From positions 5,902 to 69,901 of the forward strand of contig CAJQKT010000015.1 in assembly GCA_905478995.1 (NCBI GenBank): a DNA stretch of 64,000 nucleotides, in the 5' to 3' direction. The DNA is from an uncultured Pseudomonadales bacterium. Lineage in GTDB: Bacteria > Pseudomonadota > Gammaproteobacteria > Pseudomonadales > UBA7434. Numbering within the stretch: position 1 is the first letter of the stretch; each line of letters begins with the position of its first letter. Shown piece by piece: positions 37,932 to 47,908 of this stretch. The notes under the pieces were generated by a model. The model was not told where the DNA came from and did no database searches. It worked only from the letters and a program-made list of their open reading frames with translations. The position numbers were made by a program, and so were the translations under genes.

Positions 37932-37977
37932 TGCACTTTATTGGTGCCTTTACTGATATCGGCACTAAATTGGTGCA
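37932..37977 (-). promoter_or_regulatory. two NtrC enhancer sites
   Basis: TGCACTTTATTGGTGCC (37932-37948) and GGCACTAAATTGGTGCA (37961-37977). Their centres lie about -106 and -135 relative to the predicted sigma54 TSS, mirroring E. coli glnAp2 (-108 and -140). Confidence 0.7.
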
Positions 37978-38225
37978 AATTGTTGATTGCGAGACCAGCA
38001 TGTGACTTTTGTCATGGCGCCACAATGTTGTAGAGCAGCTTTGTAAAAGAGCGGCAATTTTTGGGAGGGCGGCCTGCGAATGGGTACCTGAGTGGCGAGG
38101 CCGCTATACTGCACCCATGCTTTGCCGTGCTCCGCTGGTCGTTAACTCGGCTCTTTTGTTCGCGAGCTTCAGCTGCGAATTATCTGCTCTGGCACAGTGC
38201 CACTATTACTTCCATGGATCGATGC

Positions 38226-39536
38226 ATGACTTTATTGCTCAAGCTTCAAGCAGGGCTCGCGGTGACGCTTTACTTGCTGCTCACTACGCTTCTGCTGCCG
38301 TGCTTGCCCTTACGCTTGTGGTGGCGTTCGCGTCGCGCGCCAGCCTACCGCGAACGTATGGCTGAGCGTTTTGGGTTGAGTTCGATTACGCCACGAGCTA
38401 ACGGTATATGGGTGCATGCAGTTTCTGTGGGTGAAACTTTTGCCGCGACGCCTACGGTAAAGACATTGCAGCAGCGTTATCCGGATCGCCCCATCACTGT
38501 CACCACGACTACGCCAACCGGTTCGGAGCAGGTGACTAAAATTTTTGGTAGCAGCGTTGAGCATGTGTATGCGCCCTATGATTGGCCACTATGCATTTGG
38601 TTGTTTGTGCGCCGTGTGCGCCCAGCTGTGCTGGTAGTCATGGAAACTGAAGTGTGGCCGGTAACTATTTTGCTCTGTCGTTGTTTAGGTATCCCTGTGC
38701 TAATCGCGAATGCTCGATTGTCGAGTAAGTCGGCTAGTGGCTATCAAAAAATTCGTTGGTTATTGCAAGTAACGCTCCAGCGGGTATGGGTTGCGGCGCA
38801 GCATCAAAGCGACGCTGAGCGTTTTATTGCGTTGGGTGCTGCGCCAGCCTGCGTAGAGGTAACCGGAAGCGTGAAGTTCGATGTGCAGCTTGGGCCCGAG
38901 TTGCGCGCTGAGGCTGAAGTGGTTCGTGACCGTTATCGTGCGCAGGGCAAGCCATTTATTTGGATTGCTGCGAGCACACATGATGGCGAAGAGGTTGCTG
39001 CAATGCAGGCACATCAGCAGTTGTTGGCGCAGCAGCCTCAAGCCTTATTAATTGTAGTGCCGCGTCACCCCGAACGATTTAACTCAGTGGCAAAGTTGGC
39101 CGAGTCTTTGGGACTGGAGTGCGCGCGGCGCAGCCAGCATTCTCAGGCCGGCAGTTGCGTGCTTGCATCGACACAAGTTTTGCTGGTAGATACGCTCGGC
39201 GATTTGTTGATGTTTTATGGCGTGGCCGATAGTGCATTTGTGGGTGGCAGTTTGTGTGCAGTGGGCGGGCATAATTATTTAGAGCCTGCGATTTGGGCGC
39301 GACCTATATTAAGCGGCCCTCACACACATAACTTTGCGAACATTGCCGAGCAATTACAGGCTGTGGGTGCGCTGACGGTGGTGCACTCGTCTGATGAGCT
39401 GGCGAGCGCTTTATTAAATGCGTTAAAAAATCCTGCACAACTAAAAAAATCAGGCGATGCGGGTTTAGCACTGTTAGAGGTAAATCGCGGTGCTAGCGAG
39501 AAGCTCTTAGACTTTATCAGTCAGCGGCTGGATTAA
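38226..39536 (+). CDS. waaA: 3-deoxy-D-manno-octulosonic acid (Kdo) transferase
   Basis: N-terminal membrane helix, then ..ERFG..P..GIWVHAVSVGE and a C-terminal GT-B region (VGGSL...GGHNYLEPA). The start is probably the ATG at 38226 (or 38214), not 38061. Confidence 0.9.
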   Translation: MTLLLKLQAGLAVTLYLLLTTLLLPCLPLRLWWRSRRAPAYRERMAERFGLSSITPRANGIWVHAVSVGETFAATPTVKTLQQRYPDRPITVTTTTPTGSEQVTKIFGSSVEHVYAPYDWPLCIWLFVRRVRPAVLVVMETEVWPVTILLCRCLGIPVLIANARLSSKSASGYQKIRWLLQVTLQRVWVAAQHQSDAERFIALGAAPACVEVTGSVKFDVQLGPELRAEAEVVRDRYRAQGKPFIWIAASTHDGEEVAAMQAHQQLLAQQPQALLIVVPRHPERFNSVAKLAESLGLECARRSQHSQAGSCVLASTQVLLVDTLGDLLMFYGVADSAFVGGSLCAVGGHNYLEPAIWARPILSGPHTHNFANIAEQLQAVGALTVVHSSDELASALLNALKNPAQLKKSGDAGLALLEVNRGASEKLLDFISQRLD

Positions 39537-39611
39537 TAGCGGCCCTATGGCTGCAGGGCGCTAGTTTCAACAGGCCGTTACTTACTTGTTGCAATTTATT
39601 GCTTCAGGGCT

Positions 39612-41039
39612 TTAAGAGCTTGGCTGGTCACTCAGTGAAACGCCGTCGGGGGCTCTTAACCACTCGTTAATTCCGCTTATATCTTTTACGTTGATGGTGC
39701 CCGCCGCCTCTTTAAGTCGCAGCGAATTTAAAACATAGTCGTAGCGTATATTGGCAAAGTCGCGTTGGGCTCGATACAAATCACGCTGAGCATTTAACAG
39801 GTCAACAATGTTGCGCGTGCCTGCATCATAGCCAGCTTCGGTGGCTTCAAGCGCGCTTGTTGCCGATATGATTGCGCGTTGGCGTGCTTGCACACGAGCG
39901 GTGTCGGTGACGGTGGTTAAGTAGCTTGAGCGAGTGTCCTGAAATATACGCCGCTTAGTAGCCACTAAGTTGGCTTGTTCAGCTACACGCTCATAGGAGG
40001 CCTGTCTGCGTTCGGCGCTGCGCGCACCGCCAGAAAAAAGCGGCAGCGCGACGCGTAATTCTACGGAGGTTCCTTCGGTTCTACTAAAAGATGGATTTCT
40101 TTCGATTTCTTCTATTTTGTCGTACTCATCGATATCCGAGTCATTTTTTAAGTAACGAGCAACAGCCTGCACCGTGGGGGCCGCATCATAAATTTTAACG
40201 TTGCGGTTTTGATTGGCCGCCTCGAGCAGTTGTTCGGCCAGTTTAATTGAAAGATTATTTTGCGTGGCGTATTCCACCCAAGCAGTTTCGTTAGTGGGCG
40301 TTGGTTTTTCAATAGGAAAATCCAGCGACAGGACGTATAAATTGCGATGCTGCTGGCCAGTTATCGCTGCAAGCGCTTCATATGCAATGCCTACATTGAC
40401 TTCTTCGGTTAAGCGGTTGGCAATGGCCAAGTCATAAGCAGCCTGTGCTTCATGCACGTCAGTAATAGCAATAAGCCCGACTTCATAACGTTGTTGGGTT
40501 TGCTCGAGTTGTTGGGCGATGGCTTTTTCTTCGGCGCGAGATGAGCTTAAGTTGTCGGCTCCGCGCAGCGCATTAAAGTACGCTTCAGCTACCCGTACAA
40601 TGAGGGCTTGCTGGGCTACGCTGTACTGCAAAAGCGATTGACGCGCTACAGCTTTGCTTTGCTTATAGCCGAATAACGCCGATAGATTAAAAACATTTTG
40701 CGTTAGCGTAACCGAGTAGTCCTCTCTTTCTGTGTCGGTTTGAGCTGCGCCGCCAAAACTATTAGTAGAGCCGAAATTTCTCAAAGTACTTTCGTTAGTG
40801 TCGGCTTTGCTGTGAGAGTAGGCGGCTTTGACTTCTGGCAGCAATACCGCCAGCGCCTGTTGCCGGATCGTATCACCAGCAAGGTAGGTCGCCTCGGCCG
40901 ATTGCAAGGTCGGGTCGTTATTGAGGGCTAGCTCATAAATATCCAGAAGGGTGTCAGCCTGAGCAGTTTGAGCTAGGGTGATGCAAAGCGCAAAGGCAGC
41001 GCTAAGGCATGCGTGGTTACAGCGGATGAGTATGGGCAT
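39612..41039 (-). CDS. tolC: TolC-family outer membrane channel
   Basis: Signal peptide ..AQTAQA-DTL. Duplicated OEP repeats (LLDIYELALNNDPTLQSA). 475 aa. Divergent from the yqiB-cpdA-yqiA-parE cluster, as in E. coli and Pseudomonas. Confidence 0.88.
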   Translation of the reverse strand: MPILIRCNHACLSAAFALCITLAQTAQADTLLDIYELALNNDPTLQSAEATYLAGDTIRQQALAVLLPEVKAAYSHSKADTNESTLRNFGSTNSFGGAAQTDTEREDYSVTLTQNVFNLSALFGYKQSKAVARQSLLQYSVAQQALIVRVAEAYFNALRGADNLSSSRAEEKAIAQQLEQTQQRYEVGLIAITDVHEAQAAYDLAIANRLTEEVNVGIAYEALAAITGQQHRNLYVLSLDFPIEKPTPTNETAWVEYATQNNLSIKLAEQLLEAANQNRNVKIYDAAPTVQAVARYLKNDSDIDEYDKIEEIERNPSFSRTEGTSVELRVALPLFSGGARSAERRQASYERVAEQANLVATKRRIFQDTRSSYLTTVTDTARVQARQRAIISATSALEATEAGYDAGTRNIVDLLNAQRDLYRAQRDFANIRYDYVLNSLRLKEAAGTINVKDISGINEWLRAPDGVSLSDQPSS

Positions 41040-41430
41040 GTAAAAGTCCGGTTCTATTAGGGGTTGGTTACAATAAGATCAGCTTGATCGATGGGCTGTG
41101 GTATCTGTGGTGTGCCTGTGCGTGCCAATTATAGTAGCAATAGCGCTGAAGTAGCAGCTCATTCGTATTAAGCCTTAGCAATACTCCATGGAGCATTGAG
41201 AGTGCAGGAAATCACATTATCCAAAGGATGAATGTTGTTACAATTTGCCCGTAGGGAATACGCAATCGCATGAGGTGCCAGATCACTGGAACTGCCGGAG
41301 CGTGGATTGAGGTATTCGTGTAGTAGGCCAATAAAGCCTCTGCTCCATTGAATATAAGCCATAGTTTGGTTGGGGTGCTAGGTTTTAAGGTGGGTTACTG
41401 ACGAAATCCATAACGCAATAATTTGAGGCA

Positions 41431-41982
41431 GTGCAGCTAGGCGTGAAGCAAAAGTATCGTTTTGACATTAAGCGCATGAGCGCCGATTGCGAGGCTAATT
41501 ATGTGCGGCTATGTCGATTGCTGCCTGAAATTGTTGCGTTGTCGCAGTGCGCGCGGACATTGGCCGATCCGTCGCAAGCGACCCAGGGTTTTAAGCAGTT
41601 GCAACGAGTGTTAGAAATAGATCTACCCTCATCGCAGTTGGGTGAATTATCGATTGCTGTGAATGAGCAGTGCCGTTACACCACTACATTAGCGGTCACG
41701 GTGCATATACATGGGCTGGCTGTGCCGGATGATTCTGCTCGCGGCGGCGTAAAGATGCTGGTGCGGCTTTATCATGATGTTCGTTTGGCCGAGGTGATTG
41801 CCTTTAGTGGCAAGCACAGCAAGTTGGCGAGTTATGAGTATCCTAATGAAGTGATGTTTCAGCCAGATGAAAAAGAACAGCAAAACCGTTTTTTGGCCGA
41901 GTGGCTAGGTTTAGGGTTAATCCACGGGCTGGCTTCTCATGATGATAGTCATAATGCAGCCGCTTTTTATGGCAAGAGTTAA
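41431..41982 (+). CDS. yqiB: DUF1249 domain protein (YqiB-like)
   Basis: 183 aa. Contains CEANYVRLCRLLP and VRLYHDVRLAEV segments typical of DUF1249. Conserved position upstream of cpdA. GTG start with a GAGG RBS. Confidence 0.75.
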   Translation: MQLGVKQKYRFDIKRMSADCEANYVRLCRLLPEIVALSQCARTLADPSQATQGFKQLQRVLEIDLPSSQLGELSIAVNEQCRYTTTLAVTVHIHGLAVPDDSARGGVKMLVRLYHDVRLAEVIAFSGKHSKLASYEYPNEVMFQPDEKEQQNRFLAEWLGLGLIHGLASHDDSHNAAAFYGKS

Positions 41983-42089
41983 GTATTTAAGGTTTTTCGG
42001 CGCATCTAAAGTCGCAGCTTTAAATACGATTAGTCTGCCTTGGTGACGTTTAAGAAGCGATTGAAAATTTAATTACCGGTAATAAGAGT

Positions 42090-42977
42090 GTGAGCGAAAA
42101 AGAAAACAGCCAGCCAAGTTTGAGGCAGCAGACCATGCAGATCGCAAGTAATGGCGATAGTGCTCTGCGCGTGTTACAAATCACCGACTGTCACTTAGGT
42201 GAGCAAGTAGGCGAATCGTTGGCGGGCATGGACACTGATGCGAGCTTGGACTTTGTCATTGAATTATTGCTACGCGAGCAGGGCTCAACGCCTAATGAGG
42301 GTGCATTAGCTGTCGACCTCTTGCTGGCTACCGGCGATTTATCTAATCACGGTACGGCTGCTGCGTATCAGCGACTTGATCAAAAATTACAGCCATTGGG
42401 TGTACCTATGGCATGGCTGCCGGGTAACCACGACATCCGCGACCTTATGATTGACACCGTGGGTCCGGATCGCTTGCCGCGCTTGATTCGTTTGGGTAAT
42501 TGGGCGATCTGCATGCTCGACTCAGCGGTGCCTGGAAAAGTTGGCGGCGAGTTAGGCCCGAACGAGCTTGATGGCTTGCAGAGCACGTTAGAGGCGTTAC
42601 CGGCAGATTGCCATATCGTGGTTTGCTTACATCACCAGCCCGTTCCGGTTGGTAGTTATTGGCTCGATCAGCAGCAAGTTGTCGACAGTGAGCAGCTCTT
42701 TGAAGTGCTGGGTGATGAGCCGCGGTTGCGCGCGATTGTTTGGGGTCATGTGCATCAAGAGTTTTCAGGCAGTGATGCGCGGCTGCCTGATGTGCAGCTT
42801 ATGGCTTCGCCTTCTACCTGTATTCAATTTGCCCCCGATCAGCCTGACTTTACTATTGACGCGGCTATGCCCGGCTACCGTTGGTTTGATTTACACCCCG
42901 ACGGCACGTTGCGAACCGGCGTATCACGGGTGGAAAATGTCGCGCTCGATTTAGATATGGCCTCAAGCGGTTATTAA
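42090..42977 (+). CDS. cpdA: 3',5'-cyclic-nucleotide phosphodiesterase CpdA (calcineurin-like metallophosphoesterase)
   Basis: Contains LQITDCHLG, ATGDLS, PGNHD and GHVHQ metallophosphoesterase motifs. The start may instead be the ATG at 42135. Confidence 0.88.
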   Translation: MSEKENSQPSLRQQTMQIASNGDSALRVLQITDCHLGEQVGESLAGMDTDASLDFVIELLLREQGSTPNEGALAVDLLLATGDLSNHGTAAAYQRLDQKLQPLGVPMAWLPGNHDIRDLMIDTVGPDRLPRLIRLGNWAICMLDSAVPGKVGGELGPNELDGLQSTLEALPADCHIVVCLHHQPVPVGSYWLDQQQVVDSEQLFEVLGDEPRLRAIVWGHVHQEFSGSDARLPDVQLMASPSTCIQFAPDQPDFTIDAAMPGYRWFDLHPDGTLRTGVSRVENVALDLDMASSGY

Positions 42978-42984
42978 CAGCAGC

Positions 42985-43620
42985 TTGCGCCCGCTGATAT
43001 ATTTACACGGTTTTAATAGCACGCCTGCTTCGGCGAAGGCGCAGGCGACTTTGCGCTGGATGGCGCAACACTGCCCGAACGTTCGCGTACATATTCCGCC
43101 GCTGCCAGTAACGCCCGCCGCTACGGTCGATGCCATTGATGAATTGCTCCATGAGGTGTGCGATGACTTGTCTTACATAAAAAAGCCGCCTTTGGGTGAC
43201 ACTTCCGCCCAGCCATGTGCGCCGGTGTTTATGGGTAGCTCTATGGGCGGATTTTACGCCAACTATTTTGCGCAAAAATACGGTGGCAAAGCGGTACTCA
43301 TTAATCCAGCTGTTTATCCGCACCGCTTACTTGCAGCTTTTTTGGGGCCGCAAATAAATCCTCATACCGGCGAAACCTACACGCTGCGCAAACAACATAT
43401 GATAGAGTTGCAGGCCTTAATGGTTGACCCAATGACGCGCCCACAACAGCGCATGGTTTTACTGCAAACGGGTGATGAAACGCTCGATTACCGAGAAGCT
43501 GCCGACTATTATGCGGCAAGCGCTTGTCATGTTGAGCAAGGCGGAGATCATAGTTTTTGCCATTTTGAAAACTGGCTGCCAGCGATTGCTCAGTTTTTAG
43601 AAATCGACTCGCATGAGTAG
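42985..43620 (+). CDS. yqiA: YqiA-type alpha/beta esterase (UPF0227)
   Basis: Contains LIYLHGFNSTPASAKA and GSSMGG (nucleophile elbow). Conserved position between cpdA and parE. TTG start. Confidence 0.8.
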   Translation: MRPLIYLHGFNSTPASAKAQATLRWMAQHCPNVRVHIPPLPVTPAATVDAIDELLHEVCDDLSYIKKPPLGDTSAQPCAPVFMGSSMGGFYANYFAQKYGGKAVLINPAVYPHRLLAAFLGPQINPHTGETYTLRKQHMIELQALMVDPMTRPQQRMVLLQTGDETLDYREAADYYAASACHVEQGGDHSFCHFENWLPAIAQFLEIDSHE

Positions 43621-43747
43621 AATGCGGGGACTAACGATAAAAAAGCACCCAAACCATAAACAGATTTATTGACATGATCGCTTGTATCAAGCGTCCTATC
43701 TTTGCTGTTTAATTTCGTTAATTACACAAATTATTAGTAGAATTTTT

Positions 43748-45634
43748 ATGAGCAATTACAACGCTGAATCCATTGAAGTTTTAACGGGCCTTGAGCCTGT
43801 GCGCAAGCGCCCAGGTATGTACACCGACACTCAACGCCCTAATCATTTGGCGCAAGAAGTTATTGATAACTCAGTTGACGAAGCTCTAGCCGGTCATGCT
43901 GCGCAGATAGATGTGATGCTTTACAAAGATGGCTCTGTTTCAGTGAGTGATGACGGCCGCGGGATGCCGGTTGATGTTCACCCGCAGCATAAAATTTCTG
44001 GGGTTGAGTTGATCCTTACTAAGCTCCATGCCGGAGGAAAGTTCTCTAATAAAAACTATCAATACAGCGGCGGTTTACATGGGGTGGGTGTGTCGGTGGT
44101 CAATGCTCTCTCCAGCAGGCTTGAAGTTGATATTAAACGCAACGGCGTGCAATACAATATAAGCTTTGCTGACGGTGAGCGTAAAAATAAACTAAAAGAG
44201 ACCGGTACAGTAGGCCAGCGAAATACTGGAACGACCGTGCACTTTTGGCCGAATAAAAAATATTTTGACTCAGCCAAAATATCGGTGCGCAGCTTACAGC
44301 ATGTGTTGCGTGCTAAAGCAGTCTTGTGCCCCGGGCTTAAGGTAACGTTTCTTGATGAGCAAAGTGGCGATAAAGATGAGTGGTTTTATGAAGACGGCCT
44401 TAAAGATTACTTAATTGCGGCAACAACAGGCTGGGATGTATTGCCCGCGACGCCTTTTATGGGCAGCTTTGCGGGCGAAACTGAGGCGGTTGATTGGGCG
44501 ATACAATGGCTGCCCGAGGGTGGCGAAATTGTGGCTGAAAGTTATGTCAATCTTATTCCTACCGCACAAGGTGGCACCCATGTGAACGGTTTGCGTACCG
44601 GCGTGTTAGAGGCTCTGCGTGAGTATTGCGAGTACCGTAATCTATTGCCGCGCGGGCTAAAGCTCACCGGTGACGATGTATGGGACCGCTGCTGTTATGT
44701 GCTGTCAGCTAAGCTGGGCGACCCGCAATTTTCTGGTCAGACGAAAGAGCGACTGTCATCACGCGAAGCGGCAGCTTTTATTTCTGGTGTGGCTAAAGAT
44801 GCATTGGCATTGTGGTTAAATCAGCATACGGATGAAGGGGATTTAATTGCCGAGCTGGCCATAAGTCGTGCGCAAGTGCGCTCTCGATCAGCTAAAAAAG
44901 TGGCACGTAAAAAAATCACTTCAGGCCCTGCACTGCCCGGCAAGCTGGCTGATTGTTCTAGTGATGACCCAAGCATGGGGGAGTTATTTTTGGTGGAGGG
45001 CGACTCGGCTGGCGGTTCAGCTAAGCAGGCGCGCGACAGGATTTTTCAAGCTATTCTGCCGCTGCGAGGAAAAATACTAAACTCTTGGGAAGTTGAGTCG
45101 GTCGATGTGCTGAGCTCAGATGAAATTAATAATATCACTATCGCCTTAGGTATTGATCCGGCGTCTAACGATTTAACTCGGCTGCGCTATCACAAGGTAT
45201 GCATCCTCGCCGATGCGGATTCCGATGGCCTGCATATCGCTACGCTGATTTGCGCGCTCTTTGTGCGCCACTTTAAGCCTTTGGTTGCAGCAGGCCATGT
45301 TTATGTTGCCATGCCTCCGCTGTATCGCGTTGATGTAGGCGATAATGTGTATTACGCACTTGATGATGCCGAAAAAGAAGGTGTGCTTGAGCGCATAAAG
45401 GCAGAAAAAAAGCGTGGCAAAGTTAACGTCCAGCGTTTCAAAGGCCTGGGTGAGATGAATCCTCTGCAGTTGCGTGAAACCACTATGTCGCCCGATACCC
45501 GCCGACTTGTGCAGCTCACTACGGGGGCGGGCGATGGCACTGAGCAATTGCTTGATATGTTGCTTGCGAAAAAGCGTGCGCCCGATAGAAAAAAATGGCT
45601 AGAAACTAAGGGTGACTTGGCGGAGGTTGTATAG
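43748..45634 (+). CDS. parE: DNA topoisomerase IV subunit B
   Basis: YNAESIEVLTGLEPVRKRPGMY, GHKL ATPase motifs, Toprim EGDSAGG, PLRGKILN and a DADSDGLHI-like motif. About 628 aa, lacking the GyrB insertion. The ATG at 43748 is preferred. Confidence 0.93.
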   Translation: MSNYNAESIEVLTGLEPVRKRPGMYTDTQRPNHLAQEVIDNSVDEALAGHAAQIDVMLYKDGSVSVSDDGRGMPVDVHPQHKISGVELILTKLHAGGKFSNKNYQYSGGLHGVGVSVVNALSSRLEVDIKRNGVQYNISFADGERKNKLKETGTVGQRNTGTTVHFWPNKKYFDSAKISVRSLQHVLRAKAVLCPGLKVTFLDEQSGDKDEWFYEDGLKDYLIAATTGWDVLPATPFMGSFAGETEAVDWAIQWLPEGGEIVAESYVNLIPTAQGGTHVNGLRTGVLEALREYCEYRNLLPRGLKLTGDDVWDRCCYVLSAKLGDPQFSGQTKERLSSREAAAFISGVAKDALALWLNQHTDEGDLIAELAISRAQVRSRSAKKVARKKITSGPALPGKLADCSSDDPSMGELFLVEGDSAGGSAKQARDRIFQAILPLRGKILNSWEVESVDVLSSDEINNITIALGIDPASNDLTRLRYHKVCILADADSDGLHIATLICALFVRHFKPLVAAGHVYVAMPPLYRVDVGDNVYYALDDAEKEGVLERIKAEKKRGKVNVQRFKGLGEMNPLQLRETTMSPDTRRLVQLTTGAGDGTEQLLDMLLAKKRAPDRKKWLETKGDLAEVV

Positions 45635-45716
45635 GCAGGCCTCCTTACATCATCGCTTTTTCAATGTTCTTTTTGGCTTGTCAAATAAAAACTCCGCTTC
45701 TCTTGGGTCGTGTACT

Positions 45717-46550
45717 ATGAAAAAAAATGTTGTTTTTTTTATGTTTACATGGCTTTGGTCATGCATGGCTCTGTCAGATCAGCAGCCCGACAAGGTCATT
45801 GTTTATAAAGCTATAGATGGCTACGAACTGAGCCTCCACGTATTCAATCCGCCGGGTCACCAATCAAGTGACAGCAGGCCCGCGGTGGTTTTTTTCTTTG
45901 GTGGTGGATGGGTTGGTGGTCAGCCTGAGCACTTTTATAGGCAGAGCGCCTATTTTGCGTCGCGAGGCATGGTTGCGATTTCTGCCGAGTACCGCATTAA
46001 AAAAATCCATAGCACCTCGCCTAAAGAGGCTTTAATAGATGGTAAGTCGGCTATTCGTTGGGTGAGGATCAATGCCCAAGCCCTTGGCATTGATCCTACT
46101 AAAATTGTTGCAGGTGGTGGTTCAGCCGGCGGGCATATAGCTGCTGCCACGGCGACTTCAAAAGGTTTTAATGAGCCTGATGAAGACGCCACTATTAGCG
46201 CCCGACCCAATGCATTAGTGCTTTTTAATCCCGTCTTGGATACAGGTCCTGATGGTTATGGATATGGTAGGGTTAAGGACTATTGGCGGGACTTTTCACC
46301 GCTGCACAATTTAGATGCGAATACACCACCCACTATTATTTTTCTTGGCACTGAGGATAAGATTATTCCGGTTGCGGTCGCTGAGTCGTATCAGAAGAAG
46401 ATGAATGAAAACAAAACTCGATGTGATTTGTTTTTATATGCCAATGAATCGCACGGATTTTTTAATAATTCAAAGTATGCTGAAACTTTGTTAGAAGCCG
46501 ATCGATTTTTAGTATCTTTGGGCTACCTAGGGACTAAGCCGGAGCAATAA
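45717..46550 (+). CDS. secreted alpha/beta hydrolase (HGGG/hormone-sensitive-lipase-like esterase)
   Basis: Signal peptide MKKNVVFFMFTWLWSCMALS. Oxyanion motif FFGGGWVGG and nucleophile GGSAGG. Confidence 0.8.
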   Translation: MKKNVVFFMFTWLWSCMALSDQQPDKVIVYKAIDGYELSLHVFNPPGHQSSDSRPAVVFFFGGGWVGGQPEHFYRQSAYFASRGMVAISAEYRIKKIHSTSPKEALIDGKSAIRWVRINAQALGIDPTKIVAGGGSAGGHIAAATATSKGFNEPDEDATISARPNALVLFNPVLDTGPDGYGYGRVKDYWRDFSPLHNLDANTPPTIIFLGTEDKIIPVAVAESYQKKMNENKTRCDLFLYANESHGFFNNSKYAETLLEADRFLVSLGYLGTKPEQ

Positions 46551-46576
46551 AAAAGACAAGTTTTGTGCTGGCATTG

Positions 46577-47254
46577 CTAGCCTGCCAGCTTGCTTGTCCG
46601 ATTTCGCGCGAATCTCATTATGTCGCCATTAAATAAATCGATAAGGTAATCGGTGTGTGGTGGTTTGATGTGAGAGCATGAAAACCCATAGGCATTCATT
46701 TGTAAGCTCAGTTTGTTTTTTCGGCCGCGACCGGGATCAACGAGAATGACTTCGCACGAATCATTAGCGTGATTTTCAATAAATTTCGCCAGCTCTTTTA
46801 TATGGTTGTCTTCGTATAAAAGATCGCTGCCGATGATTAAATCAAAGCAGCCGAGCTTATCGGATGCATCAATCCAATTGGTTCGCTCAAAGGCAATTTC
46901 TTTATCGCTGTTGAGAGCGGCGTTGCGCTGCAAAAAATAATTAACTTCGGGGTGATAATCGGTAGCGGTAATGTCTGCCTTTTGCTTATTAAGGAGCAGG
47001 CTGGATAGTCCCATGCCGCAACCAATTTCCAGAATTCGCTTTCCTTGGGTCTCAAAAGTTGAAATATAATGTGCGAGCACCATACTCGATGGCCAAATCA
47101 CTCCAAACATTGGCCACAATGCTGATGATATTCCAAGTTCAAGCGCCTCCCCGCTTGGGTCACTGAATTGATTTTTATTTTTTAGTGTACACAAATGGAT
47201 GTCTATCTGATCAAATTCGATAGTTTGATAGCGGACTCGCAAAGCAGGCATCAT
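46577..47254 (-). CDS. class I SAM-dependent methyltransferase (protein-lysine MTase-like, Methyltransf_16-type)
   Basis: Motif I ILEIGCGMGLSSLLL, then ATDYHPEV and the post-I/II region IIGSDLLYE. Confidence 0.7.
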   Translation of the reverse strand: MMPALRVRYQTIEFDQIDIHLCTLKNKNQFSDPSGEALELGISSALWPMFGVIWPSSMVLAHYISTFETQGKRILEIGCGMGLSSLLLNKQKADITATDYHPEVNYFLQRNAALNSDKEIAFERTNWIDASDKLGCFDLIIGSDLLYEDNHIKELAKFIENHANDSCEVILVDPGRGRKNKLSLQMNAYGFSCSHIKPPHTDYLIDLFNGDIMRFARNRTSKLAG

Positions 47255-47550
47255 CGTTTGTTGTGATCATCCAGTAGGGTAGGCGAGGCGGCTTATATGA
47301 GTGTGTGCCGAAAAGGTGACTCTAGAATATAGCTATTAAAAGTAACTGCAAGGTAATCATCCGCTTTAGGGTGGGGGGAGAGTTTGCGGAAAATCTAAAA
47401 GCAGCGCTAGTAGCAGGTTTGCTGCCGGTTTTCGTTCTATTGCGATCAGGTTCGTGGTTTTGGCGATTTTATGTGCATGTTTCTAATGAAGCCTATAAGA
47501 TCTAGTCTTTACAAGGACATATTAATTTAATAATTAAGTGGGGTGTTTGG

Positions 47551-47892
47551 ATGTTAGATAGCATTTGGAGTCTTTTCCAGCAAAGTTCAATGAATGCAGA
47601 CGATACAGCATCTGCCGGATCTGGGGGTTTACAGGGCCAGGTGGACACACTGATTTTGGCGAATCAGGCAATGTGGGAAATACTCGCAGGCCGGCTCGAC
47701 GTGTCGGAAGGCGAGCTTGTAAAAAAGATGAATGAAATAGACCTACGAGACGGTAAGCTGGACGGAAAGATAACTAAGCAGGCAGTGAATGCTATAAATT
47801 GCCCTGACTGCGGGCACAAAATCGCTAAAAAAAGAGCTAACTGTTACTGGTGTGGTACGAAGTTGCAAGGTGAAAGCTTGTTCGTAAAGTAG
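47551..47892 (+). CDS. hypothetical protein with C-terminal zinc-ribbon (CPDCG...CYWCG)
   Basis: 113-aa ATG ORF with a terminal CxxC-x12-CxxC. Lies 16 nt upstream of the cupin gene. Confidence 0.55.
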   Translation: MLDSIWSLFQQSSMNADDTASAGSGGLQGQVDTLILANQAMWEILAGRLDVSEGELVKKMNEIDLRDGKLDGKITKQAVNAINCPDCGHKIAKKRANCYWCGTKLQGESLFVK

Positions 47893-47908
47893 AGAGGTTT
47901 CAATCGGC

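Noticed and set aside
38009-38225. N-terminal extension of waaA (ORF-track start 38061) and the overlapping 118-aa ORF at 38009-38365.
   Set aside because: Homology-like sequence (a membrane helix followed by the ERFG and VSVGE motifs) begins at the Met at 38214/38226. The extension is Cys/Arg/Trp-rich and unlike WaaA.
41240-41300. Minus-strand CCAGUGAUCUGG segment, reminiscent of the UGAUCUGG core of a TPP riboswitch. thiC lies near tolC in Pseudomonas.
   Set aside because: The other TPP elements (GGGGUGC, CUGAGA, the ACCC pairing and AUAAUGCCAGCG) are absent. CCAG/CUGG simply forms a local tetraloop hairpin. No thi gene follows.
41168-41362. 64-aa minus-strand ORF in the tolC-yqiB gap.
   Set aside because: It has no Shine-Dalgarno sequence and an odd composition, and it points into the tolC promoter region. 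Most likely a chance ORF.
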